A DNA stretch of 64,000 nucleotides from a virus (lineage: Duplodnaviria > Caudoviricetes). The notes under the pieces are model-generated. The model was not told the DNA's origin, ran no database searches, and saw only the letters and a program-made list of their open reading frames with translations. Below are positions 1 to 7,962 of the stretch, one piece after another. The stretch covers positions 6,370 to 70,369 of the IMG/VR virus record IMGVR_UViG_3300037467_001237; one strand, 5' to 3'. The stretch's first letter is position 1. Each line of letters opens with the position of its first letter. The position numbers were made by a program, and so were the translations under genes.

Positions 1-2
1 GC

Positions 3-146
3 GCCGTGCTCCCGCCGGAGTATCTCCAACTCTACATGCTCGCCACGCTCGGCCTGGGGGCGGAGGCGATGGACGCGGCTGTGGAAGCCGGCCGCAAGAA
101 ACTGAAGGCGGCAGTTGACACGGCCGAAGCAACCGCTAAGAATTGA
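3..146 (+). CDS. 3' fragment of a hypothetical protein truncated by the window start
   Basis: Open frame AVLPPEYLQLYMLATLGLG...AKN ending TGA at 144-146. Confidence 0.5.
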   Translation, partial: AVLPPEYLQLYMLATLGLGAEAMDAAVEAGRKKLKAAVDTAEATAKN

Positions 147-182
147 TCACACCGCAACCGGGCAATCGCCCAGGAGGATGAG

Positions 183-416
183 ATGAGCACATCACCCAAG
201 CTAATCGAGCTGATGCAGCGCGGCGCCGTTCCGAACGCCCCAGGCTGGTACGTGTTGGAGCAAGACGGCACCCGGCACGTCTGCGAGGTGATAAGAGGCC
301 CGCGCGGACAGCTCAGAAGCTACGTCGTTGGCTCCGAGCATAGCGGCCCGGTGACGGGCGAAGATACTTGGATTGCTCGTATCGATATCGATCAGTTCAA
401 CCCGCTGGAGTTCTGA
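183..416 (+). CDS. Hypothetical protein (77 aa)
   Basis: ORF with GGAG-like RBS, directly upstream of the resolvase. Confidence 0.55.
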   Translation: MSTSPKLIELMQRGAVPNAPGWYVLEQDGTRHVCEVIRGPRGQLRSYVVGSEHSGPVTGEDTWIARIDIDQFNPLEF

Positions 417-418
417 CC

Positions 419-967
419 ATGATCGTCGGCTACGCCAGAACTTCCACCGCCGACCAGCTCGCCGGCTTCGAGGCCCAGATCCGGGACCTGAAGGCGCACG
501 GCTGCGAGAAGGTGTTTTCGGAACAGGTGTCATCGGTCGCGGCGCGCGCCCAGCTCGATCTGGCGCTCGATTTCGTCCGCGAGGGTGACGTGTTCGTGGT
601 GACCAAGCTCGACCGCCTGGCGCGCTCGATCGACAACCTGCGCGACATCGCGCGGGCCCTGAAGGCTAAGGGCGTTGCGCTCCGCATCCTCGATCTTGGC
701 ATCGACACCAACACGCCCACGGGCGAGCTGATGCTCAACCTGCTCGGCGCGGTCGCACAGTTCGAGCGCTCGATCATGCTGGAGCGCCAGCGCGAGGGCA
801 TCAACAAGGCGCGGGCGGCCAGGAAGTACGAGGGCCGCGCCTCGACCACGCGGCCGCACCTCGATCGCATCCGCGAGCTGGCGGCGCAGGATCGCGGCGC
901 GTCCTACATCGCGCGGGAGCTGGGGATCAGCCGGGCGGCTGTGTATCGTGTGCTGGAGGCTCAGTGA
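419..967 (+). CDS. Serine recombinase (resolvase/invertase) with C-terminal HTH
   Basis: MIVGYARTST catalytic Ser motif, VTKLDRLARS, ERSIMLERQREG, C-terminal IARELGISRAAVYR HTH. Confidence 0.95.
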   Translation: MIVGYARTSTADQLAGFEAQIRDLKAHGCEKVFSEQVSSVAARAQLDLALDFVREGDVFVVTKLDRLARSIDNLRDIARALKAKGVALRILDLGIDTNTPTGELMLNLLGAVAQFERSIMLERQREGINKARAARKYEGRASTTRPHLDRIRELAAQDRGASYIARELGISRAAVYRVLEAQ

Positions 968-1308
968 TGGCCCAAGTTCTAGAAGGCCAGGACGAAGCCT
1001 GCGAGGAGTTCCGCGCGGGCCTCTCCCTCACCCGGATGAGTGTCCAAGAGTTTGCGGACCTTGTCGGGATCGATGAGAAGCGCGTGCGAGACTTCTACGC
1101 GGGCAAGACCATGCCGCCCGCGTGGGCGCTCGGCTACCTGCGCCTGATGGTGTTCTGGAGCATCTCGTATGGGGCTGCGGCCGCCGTCAACAATTCCGAC
1201 GACGGGCCCGACATGCGGGATGAGCTGGTCCGCCGCGTCGGGGAGGAGCGGGCGGATCGCCAGATGGGGCGGCAGACTCGTCCTGCGCCAGCATCTCGAG
1301 AAAGGTGA
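967..1308 (+). CDS. XRE-like HTH protein
   Basis: MSVQEFADLVGIDEKRVRDFYAGK resembles an HTH; coupled to the resolvase stop. Confidence 0.55.
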   Translation: MAQVLEGQDEACEEFRAGLSLTRMSVQEFADLVGIDEKRVRDFYAGKTMPPAWALGYLRLMVFWSISYGAAAAVNNSDDGPDMRDELVRRVGEERADRQMGRQTRPAPASRER

Positions 1309-1340
1309 GCGGCCGCGCCGGCTCCGTCACCGGCTCGCGC

Positions 1341-1592
1341 TCACGAACTGAGCTTGACGTTGCGGTACCTGCGGGCGAGCCGCTGGCAATACTTGAGGAA
1401 GACTTCGCTGTCGGGCTTTTGGCCCGCAACGAGGCACGCTGCGAACGACAGCGCGGCAGAAACCGCTTCTGCACTGTGACCTTCCTCGAGCGCATCGGAG
1501 GCCCCGGCTATGAATGCCGGGATCAGGTGCGAGATCTCATCCGAGAACGGCGAGCCGTCGACCGGGATCGTGATTGCCACCGGCTGATGCAT
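1341..1592 (-). CDS. Hypothetical protein (83 aa)
   Basis: MHQPVAITIPVDG start, tight spacing after the SLT gene. Confidence 0.5.
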   Translation of the reverse strand: MHQPVAITIPVDGSPFSDEISHLIPAFIAGASDALEEGHSAEAVSAALSFAACLVAGQKPDSEVFLKYCQRLARRYRNVKLSS

Positions 1593-1603
1593 GGCGCGGC
1601 GTC

Positions 1604-2020
1604 CTATCTGGCGGCGGCCAGCACCTTGCGCGCATAGGCCGAGGAGCGGCGGCGGGTGCCGACGCCAGCATTGTATTTCGTGGCCGCAACGGCCCAGTTG
1701 CCGTGCGCCGCGACGTATGCCTGCCGCAGATAGAGCATGGCCCAAGTAGTGCCGGTGCGGCAATCGCTGAGACCCTGAACCGGGCCGCGGTAGCCCATGC
1801 CGCGCGCGGTAGACGGGCGCAGTTGCAGGGGTCCGCGCTCGCCAAGCGAGCCGATCGCGCCGCACCGATGGCCGGTTTCGACGTGAGCGATCCCGTTTGC
1901 CAGGGCGGCCGGCACGCCGAACTGATGAGCGACGTCAGACACCAAGGCCCGAAGGTCGAGCGCATGCGCGGGGGATGCGACGCACAGAGCGAGCGCCGCA
2001 GCGGCGAGGCAGCGGATCAT
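1604..2020 (-). CDS. Secreted lytic transglycosylase (SLT domain)
   Basis: Signal peptide MIRCLAAAALALCVASPAHA; IAHVETG catalytic Glu, GPLQL, AATKYNAG motifs. Confidence 0.85.
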   Translation of the reverse strand: MIRCLAAAALALCVASPAHALDLRALVSDVAHQFGVPAALANGIAHVETGHRCGAIGSLGERGPLQLRPSTARGMGYRGPVQGLSDCRTGTTWAMLYLRQAYVAAHGNWAVAATKYNAGVGTRRRSSAYARKVLAAAR

Positions 2021-2340
2021 ATCGGGTCCTGGTGTTGCGGCGCGCTGGCAGAGAGGCGCGCGGGTGGCTCCGGTAGGGAGAGCGTGGAAAGGGAAGGGTT
2101 TCGGCGGGGCCGGTGTTAGTGGACCGACCTGTCTCACGATCCCGCAGAGCCGGACCGGAGGGAGCGGGCGAGGCTAGAGCGCCATCCTCTTCCCAATGCT
2201 GACACGTTACCGTGTCGCGGCCGCCGAACTTGTGAGCCCGAGACCCCAGACCAGCGGCTAGGCTGATCCGGGGCGCCGAGCTGTTGCTACCCGCAAAGCG
2301 GGGGCGACATCGGAGGATTGCTGTCCGATGCCGCCCGCGC

Positions 2341-4118
2341 TCAGCGGCGCTTGCCGGTCTCTGTGTCGATGACGACAGTCTGGCCGGTCAGCGGATTGAG
2401 AATGGAGATGAGCGCCATCGGGCGTAGCCTTTCAGACCGGCTGCATCGGCTGCGGCGACTCGCGCCGTGGGGCCTGGAAGGGCCGCGGCTTGGTGTTGTC
2501 GACCACGAGCCGGAGCGGCGGCTTGAACGCGCCCTCGGTGCAGAGGCGGACGAACTCGGAAACCGGCATGATGCCGGCCTCAACCAGCGCGGCCGCCATC
2601 GGCCGCGTCAGCCCATCCGCTGTAGCATCCGGCGCAGTATCGGAAGACCGCATGGGGCACCCACGGCAGGGAGGCGAGATAGGTCTGGGCCAGGGCGAGC
2701 CAGAGCTGGCCGAGGTGGTCGAGCGTGACGTCGGGGTGAGGCTCGGACATCAATCCTCCCGGACGCGAAGCGCCTTCAGCAGCTCGGCCGCCGTCCCGCG
2801 CTCGATCGCGTTCGTGGGACCGTGCGCGACCGCCTCGAGCAGGCGCATCAGGCCGCGGAGCTGGGCGGGCGACACGCTGATCAGGATCGCGCGGGCGAGA
2901 TGGTCGAGCATCACGGGCCTTGGCGGCGCGCGACGCCCAGGATGATGGCGAAGGTGCCACCGAGCATGAGCGAGGCGAGCATGAACATGGAGAGCGCCTC
3001 GAACATGCTGGATGCCCCTAGCTATTGCTTGCGGTGCTCGCACAGCGTCTTGGCGAAGGTTCCGGGGGCCAGGCCATCCCGGGCCGGGATCCCCTGCCCT
3101 GCGGCCATGCAGGCGAAAGGCGTGGGCACTGGCTGCGTCTGGACGTCGAGCGCGGTGTCGCGCGTGCAGGCGTCCGGGGAGAGCGTGGAGGCGCAGATCA
3201 GGATGACGGCGAGCAGCATGTCACGCCCCTTTCTGGCCTTCGACCGCGACGCACTTGGCGCCGAGCTTCAGTGACGGCCGCGGTCCCGTGAGGCGCTGGG
3301 CATTGAGGAACGCGACCGCCTCGTCCTGGATGAGCTTGGCGCGACCTTGGCAGGCATACTCGCCGCCCCAGAGATTGGCTGGGGTGCGCACCGGCCGGCA
3401 GACCTTGCCGCCGCAGACCTCGACCTTAATCCGGTAGCCGATCGTCGCGGCGTGGACGTGCTGGATCGAGTGGACCAGCAGCTCGCCAGCGAGCACGACG
3501 AGCGTGATCAGGCCGAGGCGGACGAGGATCTCCCGGTAGATCATCGCGCTACCTCTTCTGAAACCGCACGACGTTATTGACGACGAGCGACACGTCGGGC
3601 CGCCCGTGCAGCCCTTTGATCAGCTCATCAAGCAACCGAAACTGAGCCGAGCTGCGGAGATCGCTGTCGTCCGCCATCTGCGTCGTCAGCGTGGCCCAGA
3701 GCCGTTGCAGGCGGTGGACGCGCTCGGTCTGGGTCATCGGATCCTCGTCGGCATCAGCCTCAGAAGTGGCGGCGCACCCGCACTAGGGTCTGGTTGAGAT
3801 TGGCGTGGGCGTAGTCCCAGGCCGCCTCGCGGGAGGTGAAGCGCCGGGCTCGCGCCTTCTCGACGCTCCACGGGTTCGGCCGGGTCACGTCGACGTAGAA
3901 GAGCAGGTCTTCGCCCTGCGAGGCCGCGTGCTCGATCAGCCAGAAGGCTGCGGGCTTGCGGGCCTCGGACCAGGCGTCGGCAGCGGCCGGGGAGACCTTG
4001 GTCATCACACGACGCTCAGCGCGTGCGTGACGTACCAGTCCGCATAGGCGTGGACGGCGAGGAGGCCGCCGAAGACGACCATTGAGGCCGCCGCGGCGTA
4101 TTGCGCGATCTTGGGCAT
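2341..4118 (-). other. Tightly packed cluster of small hypothetical/membrane ORFs: 2341-2418, 2432-2599, 2580-2750, 2750-2911, 2911-3006, 3022-3219, 3221-3544, 3549-3737, 3760-4008, 4005-4118
   Basis: Several overlapping stop/start junctions; several hydrophobic 30-65 aa ORFs (e.g. MFEALSMFMLASLMLGGTFAIILG, MPKIAQYAAAASMVVFGGLL). Confidence 0.55.
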
Positions 4119-4592
4119 GGCGGTCTCGGGGGGAGAAGATCGACCAGAGGCGCGGACTCTTACTGTCCGTCAGATGTGTCGTTCCGGCGTGGTCGATGGG
4201 GTTGATGCCGGAGTGGATCCCACGCCGCGCCTGTCAGAGTCCGCGTCTGTCAGACGAGCGAGGCCGCCGCAGCGGGTCCGGCATCAAACTGGGAATTTCG
4301 TGGGGTCGTGCAGCCATAGCGCTGCAATCTGGCTGAGTCGCTAGGCCCGATCGGGCCGCAAACCCAACGCTGCACCTGTAGGCTTTGTTTCGCCCTTCAC
4401 ACTGGTGCAGTCGGCCGCTTACAAGGCGACCGTATGCAGCAAGTATATGCACGCTGCCGAGCATGTCAATAGGGCTGTTGTTAAGAAATTCTTCTCAATT
4501 CAGCAAATATGTTAAATAAAACTAAGGGTATATACACGCATATGGGCGCGACAATGCTTGCACGATAGCCTGATCCGGCTGCCGCGCAAGCG

Positions 4593-4785
4593 TCAGAGAT
4601 AGATGAAGGTCGAAAGGTAGACGATCAGGGCGACGGCTGCGTAGCCTGCCGCAGTGCGAGCGACGTCGAAGGCGGTCACGGAGCTACGACTTCGCCACGG
4701 TGAACAGCACGTAGGCGGCTAGGATCGCCGGAGCGATCAGGATCGACCACGGCGAGCTGAGCACCGGAAACACGAGATCAAGCAT
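4593..4785 (-). CDS. Two tiny membrane peptides (4684-4785, 33 aa; 4593-4679, 28 aa) downstream of the NusG-like gene
   Basis: Manual translation: MLDLVFPVLSSPWSILIAPAILAAYVLFTVAKS and MTAFDVARTAAGYAAVALIVYLSTFIYL. Confidence 0.45.
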
Positions 4786-5500
4786 GCTCGATCTCCGCCT
4801 GCGCCACCGGCCGCAGCAGGCTCATCGGAACCCGCATCACGGTCGCGGTCCGGAAGTGCTTGAGCACGACGCGGGCCTCCTCGGCCTGGATGCCGACGAC
4901 GTCGACCTCCTCGCCGACGAAGAACCCGTCCTCGAACTTGGCGACGTCGCCGACCTGGATGCCGGCCGGGGTTGCGGGAGCGGGCGCCGCCTCGGGCTCG
5001 GCCTTCGTCGCGCCGCCCTTGCCCGTCTCGAACGCGCCGCCGCGCTCGCGATCGGCAAGCGTCCGCAGATCGGCGACCGGGATCGGCAGCGGCTTGCCGT
5101 CGTTCGACAGGACGCCCGAAACGTCGTCGTTGAAGTAGACGGTCATCCAGGACGTGTCGGCATCGGTTCCGATGAACACGACCGAACCGAACAGGGGCCG
5201 CTGGATCTGCTCGCGGACCACGCTGCGGGCGCGCTGGCGCCAAAGGGTCTCGACGGGGCAGTAGACCGTGATCCCGCCGCGCTTCAGCGTCGACATCACC
5301 CGACGTTGCGTGCCAGGCCGCACCGTGATGGCGAACCAAGTCAGCGCGCCGTCGATGACGGGCGGGGAGATGCGGGCATCGGGCTCCAGCGGCACATCGC
5401 TGGGCAGATCGTAGCCTTCGATCCGGAAATTGTGCTGCGCGGTCGCCTTCGCCTCGATGCGCTTGCGATGCTTGCCGGCTCTGCTGAAACGGTTCGCCAC
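4778..5500 (-). CDS. NusG/RfaH-family transcription antiterminator (NGN + KOW)
   Basis: WFAITVRPGTQRRV, PLFGSVVFI in the NGN domain; IQVGDVAKFEDGFFVGEE KOW motif. Confidence 0.85.
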   Translation of the reverse strand: MANRFSRAGKHRKRIEAKATAQHNFRIEGYDLPSDVPLEPDARISPPVIDGALTWFAITVRPGTQRRVMSTLKRGGITVYCPVETLWRQRARSVVREQIQRPLFGSVVFIGTDADTSWMTVYFNDDVSGVLSNDGKPLPIPVADLRTLADRERGGAFETGKGGATKAEPEAAPAPATPAGIQVGDVAKFEDGFFVGEEVDVVGIQAEEARVVLKHFRTATVMRVPMSLLRPVAQAEIEHA

Positions 5501-5504
5501 GACG

Positions 5505-5723
5505 CTACCTCACCACGCGAAAGAGGGCACGGTGCGCAGCTCTCAGGCGGCGGCGCTGATCGTTGATGATCGCCCGATTGTCGGGATTTGGAAAATCCGC
5601 GTTCTGCTTCTCGGCATGAGCCAAAGCATCGCGACGACGCTTGTAGACGGCGGCCGCGCCTGCGTGCTCAGCCTCGTCTAGGAGTTGCTGCTCGATTGCT
5701 TCGAGGGAGGCACCGCAGAACAC
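5505..5723 (-). CDS. Hypothetical protein (72 aa)
   Basis: ORF immediately upstream of the NusG-like gene. Confidence 0.45.
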   Translation of the reverse strand: MFCGASLEAIEQQLLDEAEHAGAAAVYKRRRDALAHAEKQNADFPNPDNRAIINDQRRRLRAAHRALFRVVR

Positions 5724-5806
5724 GAAACACCCCCGCTCTTGGTTGAGCGACGGTGCAGGTGAGGCGCGGAACTGTCAATCGAAAATATGCGTTTCCTCAT
5801 ATTTTT

Positions 5807-5821
5807 TCACGATCCTGATAT
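5807..5821 (+). promoter_or_regulatory. Putative repressor operator TCACGATCCTGATAT
   Basis: Single-mismatch copies of consensus TCAYGAYCCTGATAT at 15417-15431 (minus) and 16585-16599. Confidence 0.6.
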
Positions 5822-5912
5822 AGAAGGCTCACCGCCCGTCCAAGAACAGGCCCCCCACCATCCTCCGGCCTGAAAATCTGGGTCGAAATGCTGGGCGACA
5901 CGCGACGCGCGG

Positions 5913-5940
5913 TTGCATCGTATTGCGAGCGCGCTATACT
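5913..5940 (+). promoter_or_regulatory. Putative sigma70 promoter of tnpB (leaderless transcript)
   Basis: TTGCAT-N16-TATACT ending 6 nt before the GTG at 5947. Confidence 0.55.
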
Positions 5941-5946
5941 CATCCC

Positions 5947-7065
5947 GTGTCCGTCCGCAGCTATAAATTCAGGCTTAGGCCCAGCAGCGCGCAAGCGGCG
6001 TTGCTTGACGATATGCTTCGCGACATGTGCGGGCTCTACAATGCCTGCCTTCAGCAGCGCATCGAAGCCTACCGACGCCGCGGCCTAAGCTTGCGCTACG
6101 GGCATCAGGCCGGCGAGTTGAAGGCGTGCCGCGGCGCCGATCCGAACGGGCTCGGGCGCTGGTCGTTCTCCGCCTTGCAACAGGTGCTCCGACGACTCGA
6201 CCAGACCTATGCTGCCTTCTTCAAACGCGGGCACGGCTTCCCGCGGTTCCGGGCTTCGGCCCGGTTTCACAGCGCCACGTTCCGGGTCGGCGACGGCCTG
6301 ACGATCAAGCGGGATCGCCGCATCGGCATCGTCGGCGTGCCCGGCGGGATCAAGATCGTCTGGCACCGCGACCTGCCGCCGGACGCCAATCTCGGCACCG
6401 CGATCCTCACGCGTCAGCAGGGCAAGTGGTACGTCGTGTTCTCCGTCGATGCGGAGTTCTCCGAAGCTTGTGGGACCGGCACGGTCGGGATCGACCTGGG
6501 GCTCACCAGCCTGATCGCCACGAGCGACGGCGAGACCGTCGAAGCTCCGCGCCATGCCCGCACGGCACACAAGGCGCAACGGCGAAAACAACGGGCGCTT
6601 GCTCGTTGCAAACGCGGGTCGAAGCGCCGCCTGAAAGCCAAGGCGCGGCTCGCTGCCGGCTCCGCCAAGATCGCCCGGCAGCGGCGCGATCACCTTCACA
6701 AGCTCTCGCGGTCCCTGGTGTCGCGTTACCAGGGCATCGCGTTCGAAGATCTCAACCTGGCCGGGCTCAGGCGCGGGATGCTCGCCCGGTCCGTTCACGA
6801 CGCCGCGTGGTCTCTCCTCGTCCAACTCACGACGTATAAGGCTGCAAGCGCCGATGCGTCCGTTGTGCTGGTCGATCCGCGCGGGACCTCCCAGACCTGC
6901 CCCGCATGCGGGACGATCAAGGCCAAGACGCTCCGAACCCGAACCCACGCCTGCGAATGCGGGACGGTTCTGGACCGGGACGTGGCGGCCGCGATGGTTG
7001 TGCATCAGCGGGCTTTCGGGCCGGGACACGGCCCTCGGGACACAAGCCAGCGGGTTGCCGCATAG
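5947..7065 (+). CDS. tnpB: RNA-guided endonuclease TnpB (IS200/IS605 family, solo)
   Basis: RSYKFRLRP N-terminus; RuvC residues in VGIDLG, IAFEDL, DRDVAAA; zinc finger CPACG...CECG. Confidence 0.95.
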   Translation: MSVRSYKFRLRPSSAQAALLDDMLRDMCGLYNACLQQRIEAYRRRGLSLRYGHQAGELKACRGADPNGLGRWSFSALQQVLRRLDQTYAAFFKRGHGFPRFRASARFHSATFRVGDGLTIKRDRRIGIVGVPGGIKIVWHRDLPPDANLGTAILTRQQGKWYVVFSVDAEFSEACGTGTVGIDLGLTSLIATSDGETVEAPRHARTAHKAQRRKQRALARCKRGSKRRLKAKARLAAGSAKIARQRRDHLHKLSRSLVSRYQGIAFEDLNLAGLRRGMLARSVHDAAWSLLVQLTTYKAASADASVVLVDPRGTSQTCPACGTIKAKTLRTRTHACECGTVLDRDVAAAMVVHQRAFGPGHGPRDTSQRVAA

Positions 7066-7074
7066 CTGTCCCGA

Positions 7075-7127
7075 GAAGCCCCGTCCGTCACGGCGGGGAG
7101 TTGTCACGAGCACGTAGCCCAGTGCGC
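7075..7127 (+). mobile_element. IS605-type right end (hairpin, ends TCAC at 7107) plus predicted omega-RNA guide 7108-7127
   Basis: GAAGCCCCGTCCGTCACGGCGGGGAGTTGTCAC, a typical RE hairpin; downstream flank GAGCACGTAGCCCAGTGCGC. Confidence 0.75.
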
Positions 7128-7172
7128 AGAGGCGAAGCCGAGCCAGGAGAGGAGGATCTGATCCACGGTCAT
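7104..7172 (-). pseudogene. Short ORF whose stop codon is supplied by the IS right end
   Basis: MTVDQILLSWLGFASAHWATCS; TGA is the reverse complement of TCA at 7104-7106. Confidence 0.4.
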
Positions 7173-7486
7173 CACCGCAGGCTCTTGCCGGCAAACGCCA
7201 GCGCCTCGGGGAGCGTCGTGTGGGCCGAGAGATCGCGCGGCATGCAGCCGAAGGTCGACTCCGCATCCGTCACGAGGTAGCCCCCATCGGGGAGCGACTT
7301 GATCGTGACCCGGTCGTGCTCGCCACCGCCGACGCGCGGCGAGGCGGCGGCGGGCGGGAACGCCTCGAAGATCGCCTCCACAATGCCCTTTGAGGCGATC
7401 AGGGAGGTGCCCGCGGCCTCGCGCACGGCCTTGATCGCCGCGATCTTCTGCCCGGTGCGCAGGGCGTATGTCAGTTCAGCGCTCAT
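7172..7486 (-). CDS. Protein with a ribosomal L7/L12 C-terminal-like motif
   Basis: QKIAAIKAVREAAGTSLIASKGIVE resembles L7/L12 KIAVIKAVRE..GLGLKEAKDLVE. Confidence 0.55.
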   Translation of the reverse strand: MSAELTYALRTGQKIAAIKAVREAAGTSLIASKGIVEAIFEAFPPAAASPRVGGGEHDRVTIKSLPDGGYLVTDAESTFGCMPRDLSAHTTLPEALAFAGKSLR

Positions 7487-7962
7487 CCCACCGTCCTCAC
7501 ATCCGAGATCGAAGCCCCGCGGAACGCGCGCTTGACCTCGAGCATCGTCTTGGCGGCCGGCGACTCCGCGAACAGCGTCGCGATTTCGTCCGGCGTGAAC
7601 CAGGCACAGCCTTCCGCCTCGCCGCCGAGCTGCGCCTGGGCGGGATTGTGCCCGATGACGATCCGCCAGCCGGTCGACGGGCACTGGCCGACGAGGTAGT
7701 TGTCCTCCGGCTCGCGCTCCTCCTCCAGGACCTGGACGGCCTTGCGGTAGCCGCGAACGAGCCCCTCGCCCTGCGTGCGCAGGTCCGAGATCGAGCCGCT
7801 CGCCTTGGCGGCGAACCACAGCTCGCGCTGGCGCTCCAGCTTGTCGGCGATCACCGGGCTGACCCGGCGCAAAGCCAGCCACGACCAACGAACCTCATAG
7901 GCAGAGGCGGCGCGGGCGATCTCGGCATTGAGTTCGGAGAGGGTCTTGTCGAAGGCGTCCAT
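7483..7962 (-). CDS. Hypothetical protein (159 aa)
   Basis: Coupled to the primase-helicase stop. Confidence 0.7.
   Translation of the reverse strand: MDAFDKTLSELNAEIARAASAYEVRWSWLALRRVSPVIADKLERQRELWFAAKASGSISDLRTQGEGLVRGYRKAVQVLEEEREPEDNYLVGQCPSTGWRIVIGHNPAQAQLGGEAEGCAWFTPDEIATLFAESPAAKTMLEVKRAFRGASISDVRTVG

Noticed and set aside
4480-4530. CtrA-type TTAA-N7-TTAA boxes
   Set aside because: Only imperfect second half-sites (TTCT, TAAG) inside a generally AT-rich stretch.
4706-4714. 9-nt match (AGCACGTAG) to the TnpB guide
   Set aside because: Too short, lacks the first guide base and has no identifiable TAM.
5770-5805. Partial gapped match of CGC-NN guide G3 to the AT-rich region upstream of 5723
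   Set aside because: About 10/14 over seven units, then it collapses; no convincing in-window target was found for any locus-1 guide by manual scanning.
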